Positions 12,089 through 24,828 of a stretch of DNA of 64,000 bases are shown piece by piece. Within the stretch, counting starts at the first letter, position 1. The number at the start of each line of letters is the position of its first letter. The notes under the pieces were generated by a model. The model saw only the letters and a program-made list of their open reading frames with translations. It had not been told where the DNA came from and did no database searches. Origin of the DNA: Pseudogymnoascus verrucosus (taxonomy: Eukaryota); assembly GCA_001662655.1 (NCBI GenBank), contig KV460236.1; one strand, 5' to 3'. The position numbers and the translations under genes were made by a program.

Positions 12089-12700
12089 CTACTCAACATA
12101 CAACCCCTTCTCCCTATGCCAATCCTCCAAACTAAGATGATACTTCTTAACCACGACCTTCTTCCCCTCCGGCCACCGCACCCACTCCGGCTTGCTCCCC
12201 TCCAAAATACACACCATCTCCTCCGGCACCGGCAACTCCGTATCAATCGCCGACGCAAAAGGATGAATCAGCTCCGGCCACTCCGCATCGTAATTCCACA
12301 ACATCGTGCTGCAGTTCGAGCAGAATGAGCGCTCGGATGTGCATTTCTGCTCTTTTTTGGTGCCCCTGTCTTTTATCGCGCTGTACTTCCTATATAACCC
12401 TCCTTGTTAGTCGTCAAACTTAAAATAGAGTAGGCGTGGTTCGGTGGAAAGAGAGGCGCACTTGATTAGTTCCTTTCCCTTTTTGATGTCGAGAGAGGAG
12501 GTTATGGCGCCGAGGTTGACGGCGCCGTTGTAGCCGCCGACTTTGCGGCAGATGCTGCAGGGGCAGAGTTGGTAGGGGACGGGGGTGTTGCTGTCGACGG
12601 TGAATTCGACGCCGCCGCACTGGCAGCTTCCTTCGAGTTTCCTGTGGGTGTTAGGATTGCGGGGTTAAGTTTATGGAGTCTGGGGGGTTTACATTGGCAT
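12089..12700 (-). CDS. GFA/CENP-V (Mss4-like) zinc-binding protein, 3 exons
   Basis: Spliced MPMKLEGSCQCGGVEF...CPCSICRK...RSFCSNCSTMLW; 8-nt first exon, canonical introns. Confidence 0.85.
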
Positions 12701-13431
12701 TTTGAGACCCGGCTTAGAGCTGATGGTAGGTGTTGGTTGTGAAGCTGGTATATGATGATGGGAGTGGCTACGAATGGAATTTTGAATGGAACAATACGGA
12801 ATATATATAATTCCTAGAGTATGACTCCTAATCTATAGATAGTTCAAGGAGCAAAATCCTACAAATCATAAAGAAGCCTACCATTTTTGACCAGCGTCGT
12901 CATCGATAAGTCATATGAAGCTACACTTCCGCGCCCAAAACGGAGCCATGCAGATGCGGTTCAAATTCCGTGGATACATTCACCAATAAGAGATTAGGAG
13001 ATTAATTACGCTTACAGATGCTTCAGGACACCTTTCAATCTGTCGTTGGTTCAAGCAGCGTCGTGGTCGAAAACGCGGGGAACCTTGTCGTCGTCATTGA
13101 TAAGCAGTGTCCGGACGATAAGCTGGTGCCCGGAACGGATGAATATTGAGCCGGGCCATATCCAACCCCCATACAGATGGTATACCAACGACAGATTTCT
13201 TACGCCAAGAGAGACTTTCGGACACTTTTCAATCTGCTCTTAATAAGATAATTACCTTACTAAATTCGAAGAACAAACTTGTCATTCGTAAGCTGCCTCG
13301 TCACCAAGAAGCAGCCAAGAAGTGGCTGTTCTGCGCCCAGAGCGGAAAAACGTAATTCCGGCTGAAATACGGAAGTCCATAGGTAGTTCAGTCGCAGCAT
13401 CGCCGACGAGGGAGAGATACCAACCGACACA

Positions 13432-13945
13432 ATGAGTTCTTTTGGATCACCTGGTGGGGGGAAGATGAACACGAGGCCCACGCCGTAAGTCTTTGTGCGC
13501 GGAATATATTGGCTAGTTGGAGTTGGGCTTGAGGGCTGACTGATCGTGTAGTCCGGAACGTGGAAGCTTCCCTCTTGATCATGATGGTAAGTCACCTCTC
13601 TGTCTCACGACCGACCCATTGGGTGGGAGGGGGATATTATGCTAACATCTACTTTTTAGGGGAGTGCAAGGACGTTATGAAGAAGTACCTGGGGTGTATG
13701 AAGAGACTCAAGGGCATGAACGACCCCGAATGCCGAAATCTGGCAAAGGCGTACCTTACGTGCCGCATGGACAAGTGCGTACCCCTGATGAGATACCGAA
13801 TATACTGCTTGGGATAGTGAGCTGATAGCGATGTAGCAACCTGATGGCGAGAGACGAATTTAAGAATCTGGGGTTCGCCGATGAACCACCCAAAGACAAT
13901 AAGAAGGGGGATGGGAAAGAGGAGAAGAAGGAGATTCTGTGGTAG
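13432..13945 (+). CDS. COX19: Cytochrome c oxidase assembly protein Cox19 (twin CX9C), 4 exons
   Basis: MSSFGSPGG..PTP|PERGSFPLDHDG|ECKDVMKKYLGC...ECRNLAKAYLTCRMD|NLMARDEFKNLGF. Confidence 0.93.
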
Positions 13946-14396
13946 ATACGGCGCCGGAGTGGCGCAATGTGGGGAGTGTGAGATATGTATGAGATATATG
14001 GAGAAGGTTGTGAGATATGTATGATATTAGCAAGAAGGGCGTTGAAAAAGCATAGCAAGGGGCGTTGGTTGGAACAACCAGGAAGCATAGCTAGTTGCCG
14101 GAAGGTATATTGCGGAATTATATAATACCCATTCCACTTTCATCCATAATTTTTAAGATGCTTTGTGACTTTCATTTCTTGCATTCTGCACAATCATATA
14201 AGTTATTGGATGTGCAGTGTCGAGCGTCTGGATTGAGGTTAAATGACTTGCTTTAGAGCCATGTATCAACCAATTAGGCGAGGAGCGCAACCACCAGCGC
14301 GGCTACAACAGTTGCACTTCCCATGCATCCCCCCCATTGAGATAACCAGTTTCCGAAGGTCAGCTAAAATGCGATAGACGGAAGCAAGCCTAAACC

Positions 14397-16742
14397 ATGA
14401 GTGTAGACTCAAGCCTGTTAGGCGTCGCCTTGATCGTGCGGTCCAAAGACGGTCCCCGCTTCATCTTCCATTACCCTCCACGTCTAAAGCCCAATGAACG
14501 TACCATCCGGCCTCCTTACGGCACGGAGCTCGACCCCACCGCGCCAGAAGACGCCGATGACATCGAGCCCGATGCAGACGATGAGCTTGATGATCGGGAT
14601 TACTCTCTGTACAACAGCCTCGAAGGGCTGGGGCTTGGTAAGAAATCACGTCACGTGAACCCGTGGGAAGGAGACGACCATTTCGAGCTCCCAGATGGAC
14701 AGCATGTGGTGCCTTGGGAATATCTGGATTCTTTCCATACGAAGGATTTGGCGAGCATTTTGACGCCGGCAAGGGCGTTTCATAAGAGGTGTTTTGAGTT
14801 GACGCTTGATCCGCTGACGTTTGTGACGTATCCCATGCATATCCGTGAGGATGGGCGATGGAAGAAGAAGAAGAGGGAGAAGAGGAGCCGTAGGCGGAAG
14901 GAGGAAGAGGAGAGACAGGAGAATGGGTCTATTGCCGATGATACGGCTATATCGGAAAGCCCAGCTGAGACGTCCGGGGTGGAGGACGACGCGAGAAACG
15001 TCAGGAAGCCGAAAGGGACATCTTTCGCGTCTGACGACACTAATGATGGCGGGATGACTATGTTCAATTTGGTGTTTATTATGAATCCGAAGACGACAGA
15101 GGCTCCGATGAGGGTTTCGGATATGTTTGAACATGTGGCGAAGGATATCAACAAGGCCCTGAGATATGCCCAGAACTACAGTAATTACGTCTGGAAGGAA
15201 TCAGAGCGTATATTGAACTTGAAAGAGAAGGCAAAGGAAGAACGTCGTCCAATGAGCACTCTCTGGGACACTATTTTACGGAAGTCTTCGCTGGCGCAAA
15301 CGATGAAAACTATCTACACGTCAATATCCAACAATAGTATTGCTGTCGTCCAGCTGCTCAGCGATCCACCCGTGCGGCTCTCTGTTCAGATACCCAAACC
15401 ATACTTTCTGTCAATGCTGCCCGAGTTTGACGAGCCTTCCATGCCAGGCTTGTGGATCACGACTGCCAACTTCTTTGGCGACCAGGAAAATGAGGACGAG
15501 ACCTCACTTCTCTCCAAGCACTTTGCTCTTCTACTCCTCGATGACGAGGACAAAATCATTGCAGATATCCAAAGCGATGGCGGTGAGCTCACCGGGCCGC
15601 TACTCGAATACCTCAAGATCGTGAGGCCTACTCTCTCATTCCACCAAACAGCACAGCAGCATGCAATCTCTCTGAATGATATTCGCATTCTCGCCCAGCA
15701 TCTCATCTACCACCGTCGCGCCATTGCAGTTCCTCCGCTCCATCCACGAGACACCTACATCCTGTCTCCTAATTGCCCCATGGCGTCTCTCCCTCAATTT
15801 TGTGCCCTCTGGTCACAGAAGTTCCCTCTCGCACCGCCTTTACCTACCTTCTTGAGCGCCCTCAGCCATGCCCCGAGACCCTACAAAACCTTTATACCCA
15901 CCAAAACACATAGGCCAATATATACGGCGATGCTTGCCTTCCTTCTTCGCCACGGATGGGCAACTCAACTCCGCACGTTTGCCTGGATTATCGCGTGGCC
16001 GGAGATCAAATATGAAGTGCAACATGCCCTTGACGGCGCCGCTATTCGAGACGCACATGCTGAAGCAATGGAAGAACCCAAAGAAGATTCTACCGCGGCT
16101 ATCCCTAAGACTCCAACGCCAGCTACACCATTACCCACCTATCCGCATGCACAGGCAGCACCGTCAACGCCGCCAATAAATTCCGAGGCAACTGCGGAGA
16201 AGGCTCGCGTAAGGAGGCTTAGAGATAAGGCCGTCCAGGATCTTGCTGATTTCAATGCGAAACCAAAGCCAGAGGCGACGAAAAATCCAAGTCTGAATAC
16301 GGCACAGCATTTGGTGAGGATACAGCCACAGCTTATCCTGGATCCGATGAGAGCTGAACACGTGGATTCTATGTACCTATCTGCTATCGCAAATCGTCTA
16401 GAGGGTGGCGGGCCGGAGGATGAATCCAAAGGCGCTGGGGCCGGCAGGACTGGCACAACTGCCGCAACTGGGCCGGTTGGTAAATCTGCAGTTGTTACTG
16501 GGAGCTTAGCACAGTCCGTTGGTGCTTTGGGGACATTGCCTAAGTTTGGAGGTATTGGGGCTGATGGTAGCGGTATCGGCGGCCTTAAGAAAGATAAGAA
16601 GCGCTTTTTGAAATGGGCTAAGTATTTTGATGGCAGGACGAGTATTGAGCGCATCGCGCTGTTGGAGGGGGTTCAGAGGAAAGAAGTGTGGGCGCAGGTC
16701 GCGGCCTGGGATGAGTATTTACTGGTGGTTAAGCATTGGTGA
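14397..16742 (+). CDS. NPR3: Nitrogen permease regulator 3 (SEACIT/GATOR1 subunit)
   Basis: LLGVALIVRSKDGPRFIFHYPP N-terminus, MFNLVFIMNP, YFDG..IERI, C-terminal VVKHW. Confidence 0.9.
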   Translation: MSVDSSLLGVALIVRSKDGPRFIFHYPPRLKPNERTIRPPYGTELDPTAPEDADDIEPDADDELDDRDYSLYNSLEGLGLGKKSRHVNPWEGDDHFELPDGQHVVPWEYLDSFHTKDLASILTPARAFHKRCFELTLDPLTFVTYPMHIREDGRWKKKKREKRSRRRKEEEERQENGSIADDTAISESPAETSGVEDDARNVRKPKGTSFASDDTNDGGMTMFNLVFIMNPKTTEAPMRVSDMFEHVAKDINKALRYAQNYSNYVWKESERILNLKEKAKEERRPMSTLWDTILRKSSLAQTMKTIYTSISNNSIAVVQLLSDPPVRLSVQIPKPYFLSMLPEFDEPSMPGLWITTANFFGDQENEDETSLLSKHFALLLLDDEDKIIADIQSDGGELTGPLLEYLKIVRPTLSFHQTAQQHAISLNDIRILAQHLIYHRRAIAVPPLHPRDTYILSPNCPMASLPQFCALWSQKFPLAPPLPTFLSALSHAPRPYKTFIPTKTHRPIYTAMLAFLLRHGWATQLRTFAWIIAWPEIKYEVQHALDGAAIRDAHAEAMEEPKEDSTAAIPKTPTPATPLPTYPHAQAAPSTPPINSEATAEKARVRRLRDKAVQDLADFNAKPKPEATKNPSLNTAQHLVRIQPQLILDPMRAEHVDSMYLSAIANRLEGGGPEDESKGAGAGRTGTTAATGPVGKSAVVTGSLAQSVGALGTLPKFGGIGADGSGIGGLKKDKKRFLKWAKYFDGRTSIERIALLEGVQRKEVWAQVAAWDEYLLVVKHW

Positions 16743-17037
16743 TCTTATAGATCAGAGGAGGGATCAAGGAAGAACGATCATAGCAACTATGCTATAAACG
16801 AGCCCTCTGAATCTCTACGAACTATGATAGCCATATTATATGGAAACTTAAAAATACGTATATCAGGATTTAATTATGTTCAATGTGATAGAGAATCAAA
16901 ATATACATTGGAAGAGATAAATATGTGCAAGCTAAGCCAATTCCTTTCGTTCAGTTCGCTGGCAACATTGTCATACCATTCAAGCTCTCATCAGGTGCCC
17001 CACCGATCTGCAATACAGTCTAAGAATGCAGAACTCT

Positions 17038-18179
17038 TTACAAAGCAGCAATAGCATTGTAGGCAGCCTTGGGGTTGAAGCTGGAGTCAAAGAGCAGCGG
17101 GTTGGAGCTAGCCCTCCACGAATCCTTGTCGCTAACACCCCAAACAGTTATTCCCACACACTTCGGAATGTTCAGGCAAGCCTTAGCAACCTATTTTACG
17201 TTAGCTGCCACTCTTGGCAAAGCATAGATATAGGAGTGAACATACAGCGACGTAGTCTGATTCTCCAGCATTAACAATATCAAGCTCAGTAACTGCAATT
17301 TCCGAAACGCTGGATCCAGCAAGAGCTGTAAGGGCGGCTTCTGCACTGGAGCCAAGGCCAGCAGTGAGATGTCCTTGGGATCCAATACCATCAATGGGAA
17401 CGCCAGCGGCGATCCACTTGTTGACATATTTGATCATTCCCTGGGTCTTGGCGTAGTTCGCCTGATCAAGGCTGTTCCTCCGTTAGCATCACGAACAGAT
17501 CTCCCATTAGATGAGAAAACTTACTTGTAGTCGTTGATGTAGAGCTTCGCGTTCGGGTCAGCAGCACGTGCGGCCTCGAAGGCGATGCGCACGAAGTCCT
17601 CGCCGAGGACGTTAGAGAAGACAGACGATCTCAGAGTTCCGTCCTCGTTGAAGATCTCATTGACAACATCCCAGGCGTAGACCTTGCCTTTATACCTTCC
17701 GATCTCAGTGGTGACGTGGTTCTGAATGACCGAAGTCAAAGTTGCCTTGTCAGTGATGGCCGAAACCCACCCCGGAAGCTGGCTGTGCCACACGGTGGTG
17801 TGTCCGCGAACAAGCTTGCCGTTGGTCGTGGCCCAATTTACGAGATAGTCGAGTCCTCCAAAGTTGAAGTTACCCTGAGATGCTGCTGTTATCAGAATTT
17901 GGTTATATATGCTCTTGGAATAGAATGCATACACTCAATCGTATCCCACTTTCCACTGTTCTCTGGAGTTACCTGTCCGAAGTCGGCCTGGATGATAGCA
18001 GCATTCTTGTCGGCATTAAGGCGGCCCTGGTCTGTGGCAACGCCGAAATACTTCTTTCCGTGGCCAACGAAGACTTCGTTCAGGCTGGTAGCGGCCTGGC
18101 GACTGAGGAGAGTCTTCTCATGTGGGGCAGCAAGTGCCAGTGGTGCCAGGAGGGCGGCGGCGACGAAAGAGTAATGCAT
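17038..18179 (-). CDS. Secreted GH10 endo-1,4-beta-xylanase, no CBM, ~4 exons
   Basis: Signal peptide, [27 protein letters not shown] (acid/base), LYINDY, VTELDI (nucleophile), ends [12 protein letters not shown]. Confidence 0.93.
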
Positions 18180-18377
18180 TTTGAATGGTGGTTATGAGAT
18201 ATGATAACGGTGATGAAAGTCCTCTATGTGCCAACAATTTGCGAGATCGTCTCCCATATATACCTTTCTATTTATCCGTATTTCCGTCACACTGGACAAG
18301 CGGAACTACACAAGGCCTGTTCCAGTGTTTCGTCCATATGAGAAGCTGTCATCGTTAGTCTCGATCATAAATAGTTA

Positions 18378-18547
18378 CCCCACATCCCCGCAACAGCATA
18401 GAATAGCCTAGTGCCGATCCCTTGGGTTTTGGCTGAAGCCACAATAAGGATATACCGATGACGATCGAGAGCCTCCAGCAGCTATAGCGAATAATATAAT
18501 GACGACGCTCGTAACCCTCTCCAAGCTCGGCAGTTGCTCAGGCTAAA
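18378..18547. promoter_or_regulatory. Putative XlnR and CreA sites upstream of xylanase
   Basis: GGCTAAA 18541-18547, GGCTGA 18431-18436; SYGGRG on minus strand at 18378-18383, 18386-18391, 18473-18478. Confidence 0.5.
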
Positions 18548-19410
18548 TGCAGTTGGCTCAGTACCTGGCTCGGGACTACGCGGGCTATGCGCATTAACCT
18601 TGTTTATATATCTGAAACGGGACAGAGAGGCGCTGATTTACCGCTTACCTGCCGATACAGGAAATCTTATATTAACAGTCCCAGTCTAAGTTGGCAACTT
18701 TTCACATCTCTTGAGATCAACCCAGCTAATCTCCATTGCTGGCAATCACATAGAATAACCGTGTTCCATCGGACATATGGTAATGTGGCCAATAGCAGGG
18801 GTTTATAAGTGCCTGAATTGAAATTGATGATGTGTTCGAAATAATCGTTGTAGATGACGACTTGTGTTTGAATGTGACTTTATTATATTTCCTTAGGCAG
18901 TAATTAGGTTAAGCTTGCTTTCAGCCACGACCTCACGAGCAGGAGTGCACTCCTGGAAAATTATTGTGATGAACAAGGTAAGCCGAGGTTAGCATTGATT
19001 TGCCTACGTGCTGTCATCTATGTCCTCGCTTTTCCAAACCAGATAGACTTCCTTGATACCGCAAGCCGGCCATCAGTCGTCTTCCAACAGCCCCACTGGT
19101 GTATTGGGTGTTGGAATAAGACAGGCCCCCAATTGTATATTATTCTCGGACGAGGCTAATTCGGATTCTTGTCGTTTGGAATCCAAACGATATCCCCTTC
19201 ACAGGATTCCGCGTTTAGCCTTGGCGGAATTTTCATTCGAGCTTCACGGCGTATATAACGGAGACTTAGGAGTGGTTCGGATGTGTGTCGAAAGCCATTT
19301 GATCCATCTGGAATATCATTTCCAAAACACCGCACCCGATGGTATTCCAGGTCATGATCATAGCTTCATCTCTCGGCATGACCGCCAACTGGATCTTCCT
19401 GGCCAATAGT

Positions 19411-20954
19411 TCATCCGATACTATCTTTCTTCTCTCGTTCCCTCTCCGCCTTATTAATCGTCTTCTCCGGCCAGTTCCTCGCAATATCTATGTTTTCTCT
19501 CGGAGCCAACATTTCGAGAACAAGGAAGATCAAATAATCGATAACCATGCATAAGCAAAAGAGCTTCCCTGCCCAGATGCCGCAACCGTAATATCTCTTT
19601 AGTCGGTCAATGAGAGCGAAGCTTTGCACACCCGCACGGCCCCTCGTAGCGCTCCAACTCGCAGCGTCGGCGGCATCATATCCGTAGAATTCTGCCTCGC
19701 TAAGAACGCCAGATATTCCATCGTAGACTCTTTCTGTTCGGCGGGCAACATCTATCCAAGAATACATCATCTTCACTTGGTCATGAAAGCGCTCCGTTCG
19801 AACCTTGTTTGCACGTAGAGCAGCGATGGCTTTGCCCGTTGCCGCCACCAAATCATCCTCTTCCGGCTTTGCGAACACGGTCATATGTGCTGGCAAGACT
19901 TCCGGAATACCACCAACTTGGGTGCAAACAACGTAAAGGCCACAGCTCGCAGCTTCCACAATCACGGTTCCGAATGCCTCTGTTAAACTTGGGTGGAGGT
20001 AAATATGTCCTCGCACCATAACATCTCGGACCTCTTCGTGTCGCACTGGCCCAAGCAATTCAACGCGGTCCTGGAGAACATTCCTTTCCAGCATTTGCTC
20101 GAGGTCTATGGCTTTGGGCCCTGAACCCGCAATGATAAACCTTACATTTGGGTGGGCTGCGAGTATCCGCGGGATAGCTGCAATAAGCAGATCAGTTCCC
20201 TTGTTATAAAATAGCCTCGATATAACAGCTATTGTAATGGTATCGTTCGGCCCTAGATAATGAGGTAGGGGAGTAGCTGCCTGGGCATTAAAATTTTGTA
20301 ACTGGTTATCGGGTCCATTCGAGTATGCTGGATGTGACAAAGGTCGAAAGTTCTCGGCGACAACGGCGTTTGGTATAACTGAGACCATCAAGGGGTCAAG
20401 CGACGCTCTTAAAACTGTGTTCTCTTTACTGTGTAATGTCAGTATCGCCGATACACTTTCAGGGGTTTCGTATAAACCTACCAGGTATGGCTAACACAAA
20501 TAACATGGTCAACATCACTCAAGGTGAACTTCAGCAATTTGTTTGTCAGGATACTCCCTGCATCCGCAAACCCAAAAAGCGAATGATCCGTAAACACCGT
20601 CCGTAGTCCCATAGTCCTCGCATGCAGAATTGCCTCGTGGCAAAAACTACTCAAACTCGCATGGCCATGTACGATTTCAATCTGCTCCCTGATAATGATG
20701 TTTCTGAAGGTCGGGAAGAACGAAAAGACCGTCGGAAACGTTGTGGCGCGGTATATAACGAGGAAAGGCACATGGTAGACTTTCAGCCCATTCGTAAGGT
20801 AGCGCACGCCGGTTCTACCTTCATAGGCATGCGTTATAATGATGACCTTGTGGCCGCGATCGATTAACTTTGTCGAAAGTTGGTAAATATGGCTTTCAAT
20901 TCCTCCTGGTTGCGGAAAGAAGAAATCGCAAGCCATAGCAATGTTATAACCCAT
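19411..20954 (-). CDS. SPT14: GPI-GlcNAc transferase catalytic subunit PIG-A/Gpi3, 2 exons
   Basis: [52 protein letters not shown]. Confidence 0.95.
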
Positions 20955-21257
20955 TGTGAAGGTTGAAGGGACCAAAAGCCCGCTGGAGAACCAAGCGGCT
21001 CCTCAAGTCTAGTGATACCGCATAGTTGGTGTTAAGGAGTCTCCCCCAAAGAAGTCGCAAGATGTTGATTGTTATCCCTAAGAGACTCTGTGACCCTGTC
21101 GGCTGTGTCGCATCGTAGAATTCAGGTGCTGTCCAGCGAATCAGCGTGCGGCGCTCGATAACGCCGATAGGGCCGATAAAGACTCGATTTCGAAAAGTTC
21201 CTTCCAGATCGCGAACAAGAGCGACAGCGCTTCAAACAGGCTACAACAATTGCTGCA

Positions 21258-23861
21258 ATGTCCTCTTCACTATATGCTCGATATGTGCCTCCGAAGAAGA
21301 AGGTGACTACGGAGCCTACCATAGTTCCAAATGTAGTTGTACCGCAACCACAACCAACTCCACCTCAACCATCACAACAACGCCCGCCGCAGCCATATAT
21401 CCATCCTTCCAGGGCAAATCTAAACATTGTCCCCGCTCAGCAACCAAAAATTGCGCCCAAAAGAAAACATGAAGATTCAACCGGAGGCCGAAATGAATCT
21501 GCGTCAAAGTTCAAAAAATCCAAAAAGTCACCAAATGGTCCCCCGAAAGATTTGAAAGTAGCGCAACGACCACCGCCACCGGCGCAATCAAATACCGCCC
21601 AATATGAGAGCAAAGAAGAGAAGAGGGCCGCCAAGATTGCACGAAGAGCGCATCAAAGAGCATTGGAGCAGGGACTAGAAGTAGAGGAGAAACCGCAGCT
21701 GCAAACGGCACTCGTCACAGACGAGAAACCGGTTGAAGTCAAGCCCAAGGAGAAAAAAGCGCCAAAAAGGCCTAAAAAGAAGGCAGACAAGGAAGATACA
21801 GATGAATCAGACCAAGAAGGTGAAGAAGGGGATGCAAAGCATAAATCAGTCTTGGCAAAAAGGGCGAAGTCTCTGAAGAAGGCCGAGAAGATTGCTCGAA
21901 AGGAAAAGCAGAGAGCACTCGAAAGAGGGGAGGATGTTGAGATGGAAGATGCTGAAAAGCCGCAAGAGGCCGAAGTCGAGCTTCATGCCCTTGAACCTCT
22001 CCCACAGCCAGAGCCCGTGCCAGAAGCTCCCCCCATCTCAATATACTCAGCTTTGCCTTCTTGGCTTGGAAGTCCGATATCCGTTGCGCCCACCGCTACA
22101 GCACAGTTCGAAGACCTCGGCCTTCCTAGTGCAGTTATCGAGTCGCTCAAAAAATCGGGGATTCCAAGTGCATTTGCAGTTCAGGCTGCTGTACTTTCAC
22201 TTCTTCTTCCCGGGCCCAAGAAGCAGCCAGGAGATGTCCTCGTATCAGCCGCGACTGGATCAGGAAAAACACTTGCGTATGTTTTGCCAATGGTGGAGGA
22301 CATCAGCCAGACTATGGTTACTCAGTTGAGGGGCCTGATAGTAATGCCTACGAGAGAGCTCGTCACTCAAGCCCGGGAGGTATCAGATATGTGTGCCAAT
22401 GCTTATGGCACTGGAAGCAGAAGACATATTAATATCGGTGTAGCCATTGGCAACCAGACATTGAGGCAAGAGCAAGCATCCCTGATGAAGCAGGACTATG
22501 TTTATGACCCCAAAGAATATCGTGCACGCCAAGAACGCATAAACGCTGCGTGGAGTGGGTCGTCAATCGGAGACGAAGTCGCAAATCTTCTCATGGAGGA
22601 GGATATTTCGACTCCTATCGATCACATTGTTCAATACAGTCCTAAGGTGGACATCATGATTTGCACGCCTGGTCGATTGGTTGAGCATTTGAAATCTACC
22701 CCTGGCTTCACGCTCGAGCACTTAAAGTGGCTAGTTATCGATGAGGCAGACAAGTTACTTGATCAAAGCTTCCAGCAATGGCTGGAGACGGTAATGGCCA
22801 GTCTTACCTCCCGTGAAACGGCTGCACCCAGCCAGTTGAGGTCAAAGGACAGAATAACCAAGGTTGTGCTGAGTGCTACAATGACGCGAGACATTGGTCT
22901 TTTGTCACAACTGAAGCTGAATAAGCCTAAATTTGTCGTCCTCGAGGGCAATGAGGGTATGGAGGCTGGGGAAGGGCAAGTGGACACTCTGAACTTGCCG
23001 GACACGCTCCACGAATCTGCCATAAAGATTGATCAAGAAGGATTGAAGCCGCTCTATTTGCTTGAAGTTCTCAAGAGGAATGGTTTACTTGAGCCAAAGA
23101 GTTTGCCCCAGGAGGACGACTCAGATACTTCCAGCTCCGGTTCAGACAGTGACACTTCAGACGATGACTCTGATGATGATACCTCTTCTTCTGGATCCTC
23201 GTCGGGCTCCGATTCGAGTTCATCGGGTGACGATTTTTCTTCTGGTGATTCTTCGGACGACGACTCTTCATCGTCCAGTGATGCGTCATCAACAACTTCA
23301 GTGCCTTCTAAGAAGCTCCCAGCGAAAAAGCCGGCAGCTATCATCAATCTTGCCAAGCCTCATGGTGTTCTTATCTTCACCAAATCCAACGAAAGCGCTG
23401 TTCGTCTCTCGCGTCTACTAGCTCTCCTTGTTCCATCTCGCGCCTCTGAAATCGGAGCCATTACCTCCACTACATCGCGAAAGCGCACACTGCGCTCCTT
23501 CCGCAGCGGCGCCCTTTCCGTCCTCATCGCATCCGACCTTGTAGCCAGAGGTCTGGATCTGCCCAACTTGGCACACGTGGTAAACTACGATATGCCTACG
23601 AGCATCACGAGCTACGTGCACAGAGTTGGAAGAACAGCGCGTGCAGGCAAGGAGGGAGCAGCAACTACACTGTTTTCAGCAACGGAGGGAAGGTGGTTCT
23701 GGAATGACATTGCCAGGAGTGGAGGCGTCAAGAGGAAAACAAAGGTTGAGAGAATTACAATTTCTGCCAAGGATGTGTTCTCGGATGATCAGAAACAAGA
23801 GTACGAAGCGGCTTTGGAGAAGCTTGGAGAGGAGACTAGGGGATACAAGGAGACGAACTAA
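21258..23861 (+). CDS. DBP6: DEAD-box RNA helicase, Dbp6/DDX51 family
   Basis: AFAVQ Q-motif, AATGSGKT, PTRELV, TPGRL, DEAD, SAT, ARGLD, HRVGRTARAG; N-terminal YARYVPP. Confidence 0.9.
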   Translation: MSSSLYARYVPPKKKVTTEPTIVPNVVVPQPQPTPPQPSQQRPPQPYIHPSRANLNIVPAQQPKIAPKRKHEDSTGGRNESASKFKKSKKSPNGPPKDLKVAQRPPPPAQSNTAQYESKEEKRAAKIARRAHQRALEQGLEVEEKPQLQTALVTDEKPVEVKPKEKKAPKRPKKKADKEDTDESDQEGEEGDAKHKSVLAKRAKSLKKAEKIARKEKQRALERGEDVEMEDAEKPQEAEVELHALEPLPQPEPVPEAPPISIYSALPSWLGSPISVAPTATAQFEDLGLPSAVIESLKKSGIPSAFAVQAAVLSLLLPGPKKQPGDVLVSAATGSGKTLAYVLPMVEDISQTMVTQLRGLIVMPTRELVTQAREVSDMCANAYGTGSRRHINIGVAIGNQTLRQEQASLMKQDYVYDPKEYRARQERINAAWSGSSIGDEVANLLMEEDISTPIDHIVQYSPKVDIMICTPGRLVEHLKSTPGFTLEHLKWLVIDEADKLLDQSFQQWLETVMASLTSRETAAPSQLRSKDRITKVVLSATMTRDIGLLSQLKLNKPKFVVLEGNEGMEAGEGQVDTLNLPDTLHESAIKIDQEGLKPLYLLEVLKRNGLLEPKSLPQEDDSDTSSSGSDSDTSDDDSDDDTSSSGSSSGSDSSSSGDDFSSGDSSDDDSSSSSDASSTTSVPSKKLPAKKPAAIINLAKPHGVLIFTKSNESAVRLSRLLALLVPSRASEIGAITSTTSRKRTLRSFRSGALSVLIASDLVARGLDLPNLAHVVNYDMPTSITSYVHRVGRTARAGKEGAATTLFSATEGRWFWNDIARSGGVKRKTKVERITISAKDVFSDDQKQEYEAALEKLGEETRGYKETN

Positions 23862-24024
23862 ACCACTGGAGATACCATGCATATAGTTTGAATACATAAG
23901 GCGGGTGCCAAACCATCTACCATAAATACCCCATAATCAAAATTCTCTTTCGTGGCAGCCTGTTGCACCAATGTCCTCATCGCCAACATTATTATAAGTG
24001 TGATAAAACATATATTTGTACCTA

Positions 24025-24828
24025 TCATGTGCTCTTCACCGGCGGCTTCCTAAACGGCCTCGCATTATTCGCATTCTGGCAAAGCACTGGCGTCTCTCCC
24101 TTCGTCTCCCAGCCCTTCTCCCTCTTAACCGTTCCCACCTTCGTGTACTTCTTGTGATTCGCAAAGAAATCCACCCAGTGCTTCAGGGCTTTGTATGCCT
24201 TCTCCTTTGCTATCTCTAGCTCCTCCTCTTGTAGGGCTGCCATCTCCTCCGTGGTATACTGCGCATCCACTTCTGGTGTGCTCTTGGGAAGGAACATCCC
24301 TTCTACGCCACGCATATCGGGACTGATATCGCTGTTGAAGCAGGTGGTCACCAAGGCTCGCGAACAGTCGGCGCCGCCGAGTTGGTGGTACGAGCCGCCT
24401 GGGCCGTAGAAGCGGCGTCCGTCGGTCACATCGTAGATTGTGCCGTTGACGGCTAGGTAAATGGGCTTGGTGGGGTCGCTGCCATCATATTGCCCTAGCT
24501 CGGCATCTGTGAGTTGGACTGGTGCTGCCTGGAAGACGTCTTAGTATCAATACCTTCAACGGAACCGGGCCGGGGTACTAACTAGCATTGACTGCCAGTA
24601 GGATATATATGTTGCGCGGGGTCGTTTGAGGCCCCAGAGCACATTGTCGCGGGTTACGAACCAGCTGGCAAGGCCGGAGAGGAGGAGCAGCAATGTGATA
24701 GTCCGTAGTACCTCAAGGACGGTGATCTTTGAACGGTCTTCTTCTTTCGCCAGCGAGGCCGCAGTTGGAGCGGACACGTCCTCTGCTCCAGTCTTTGACC
24801 TGGTGTTTCGTTGCCGAACTTCTGACAT
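24025..24828 (-). CDS. Membrane-associated progesterone-receptor-type cytochrome b5 heme/steroid-binding protein, 2 exons
   Basis: N-terminal TM helix; spliced LTDAELGQYDGSDPTKPIYLAVNGTIYDVTDGRRFYGPGGSY. Confidence 0.88.
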
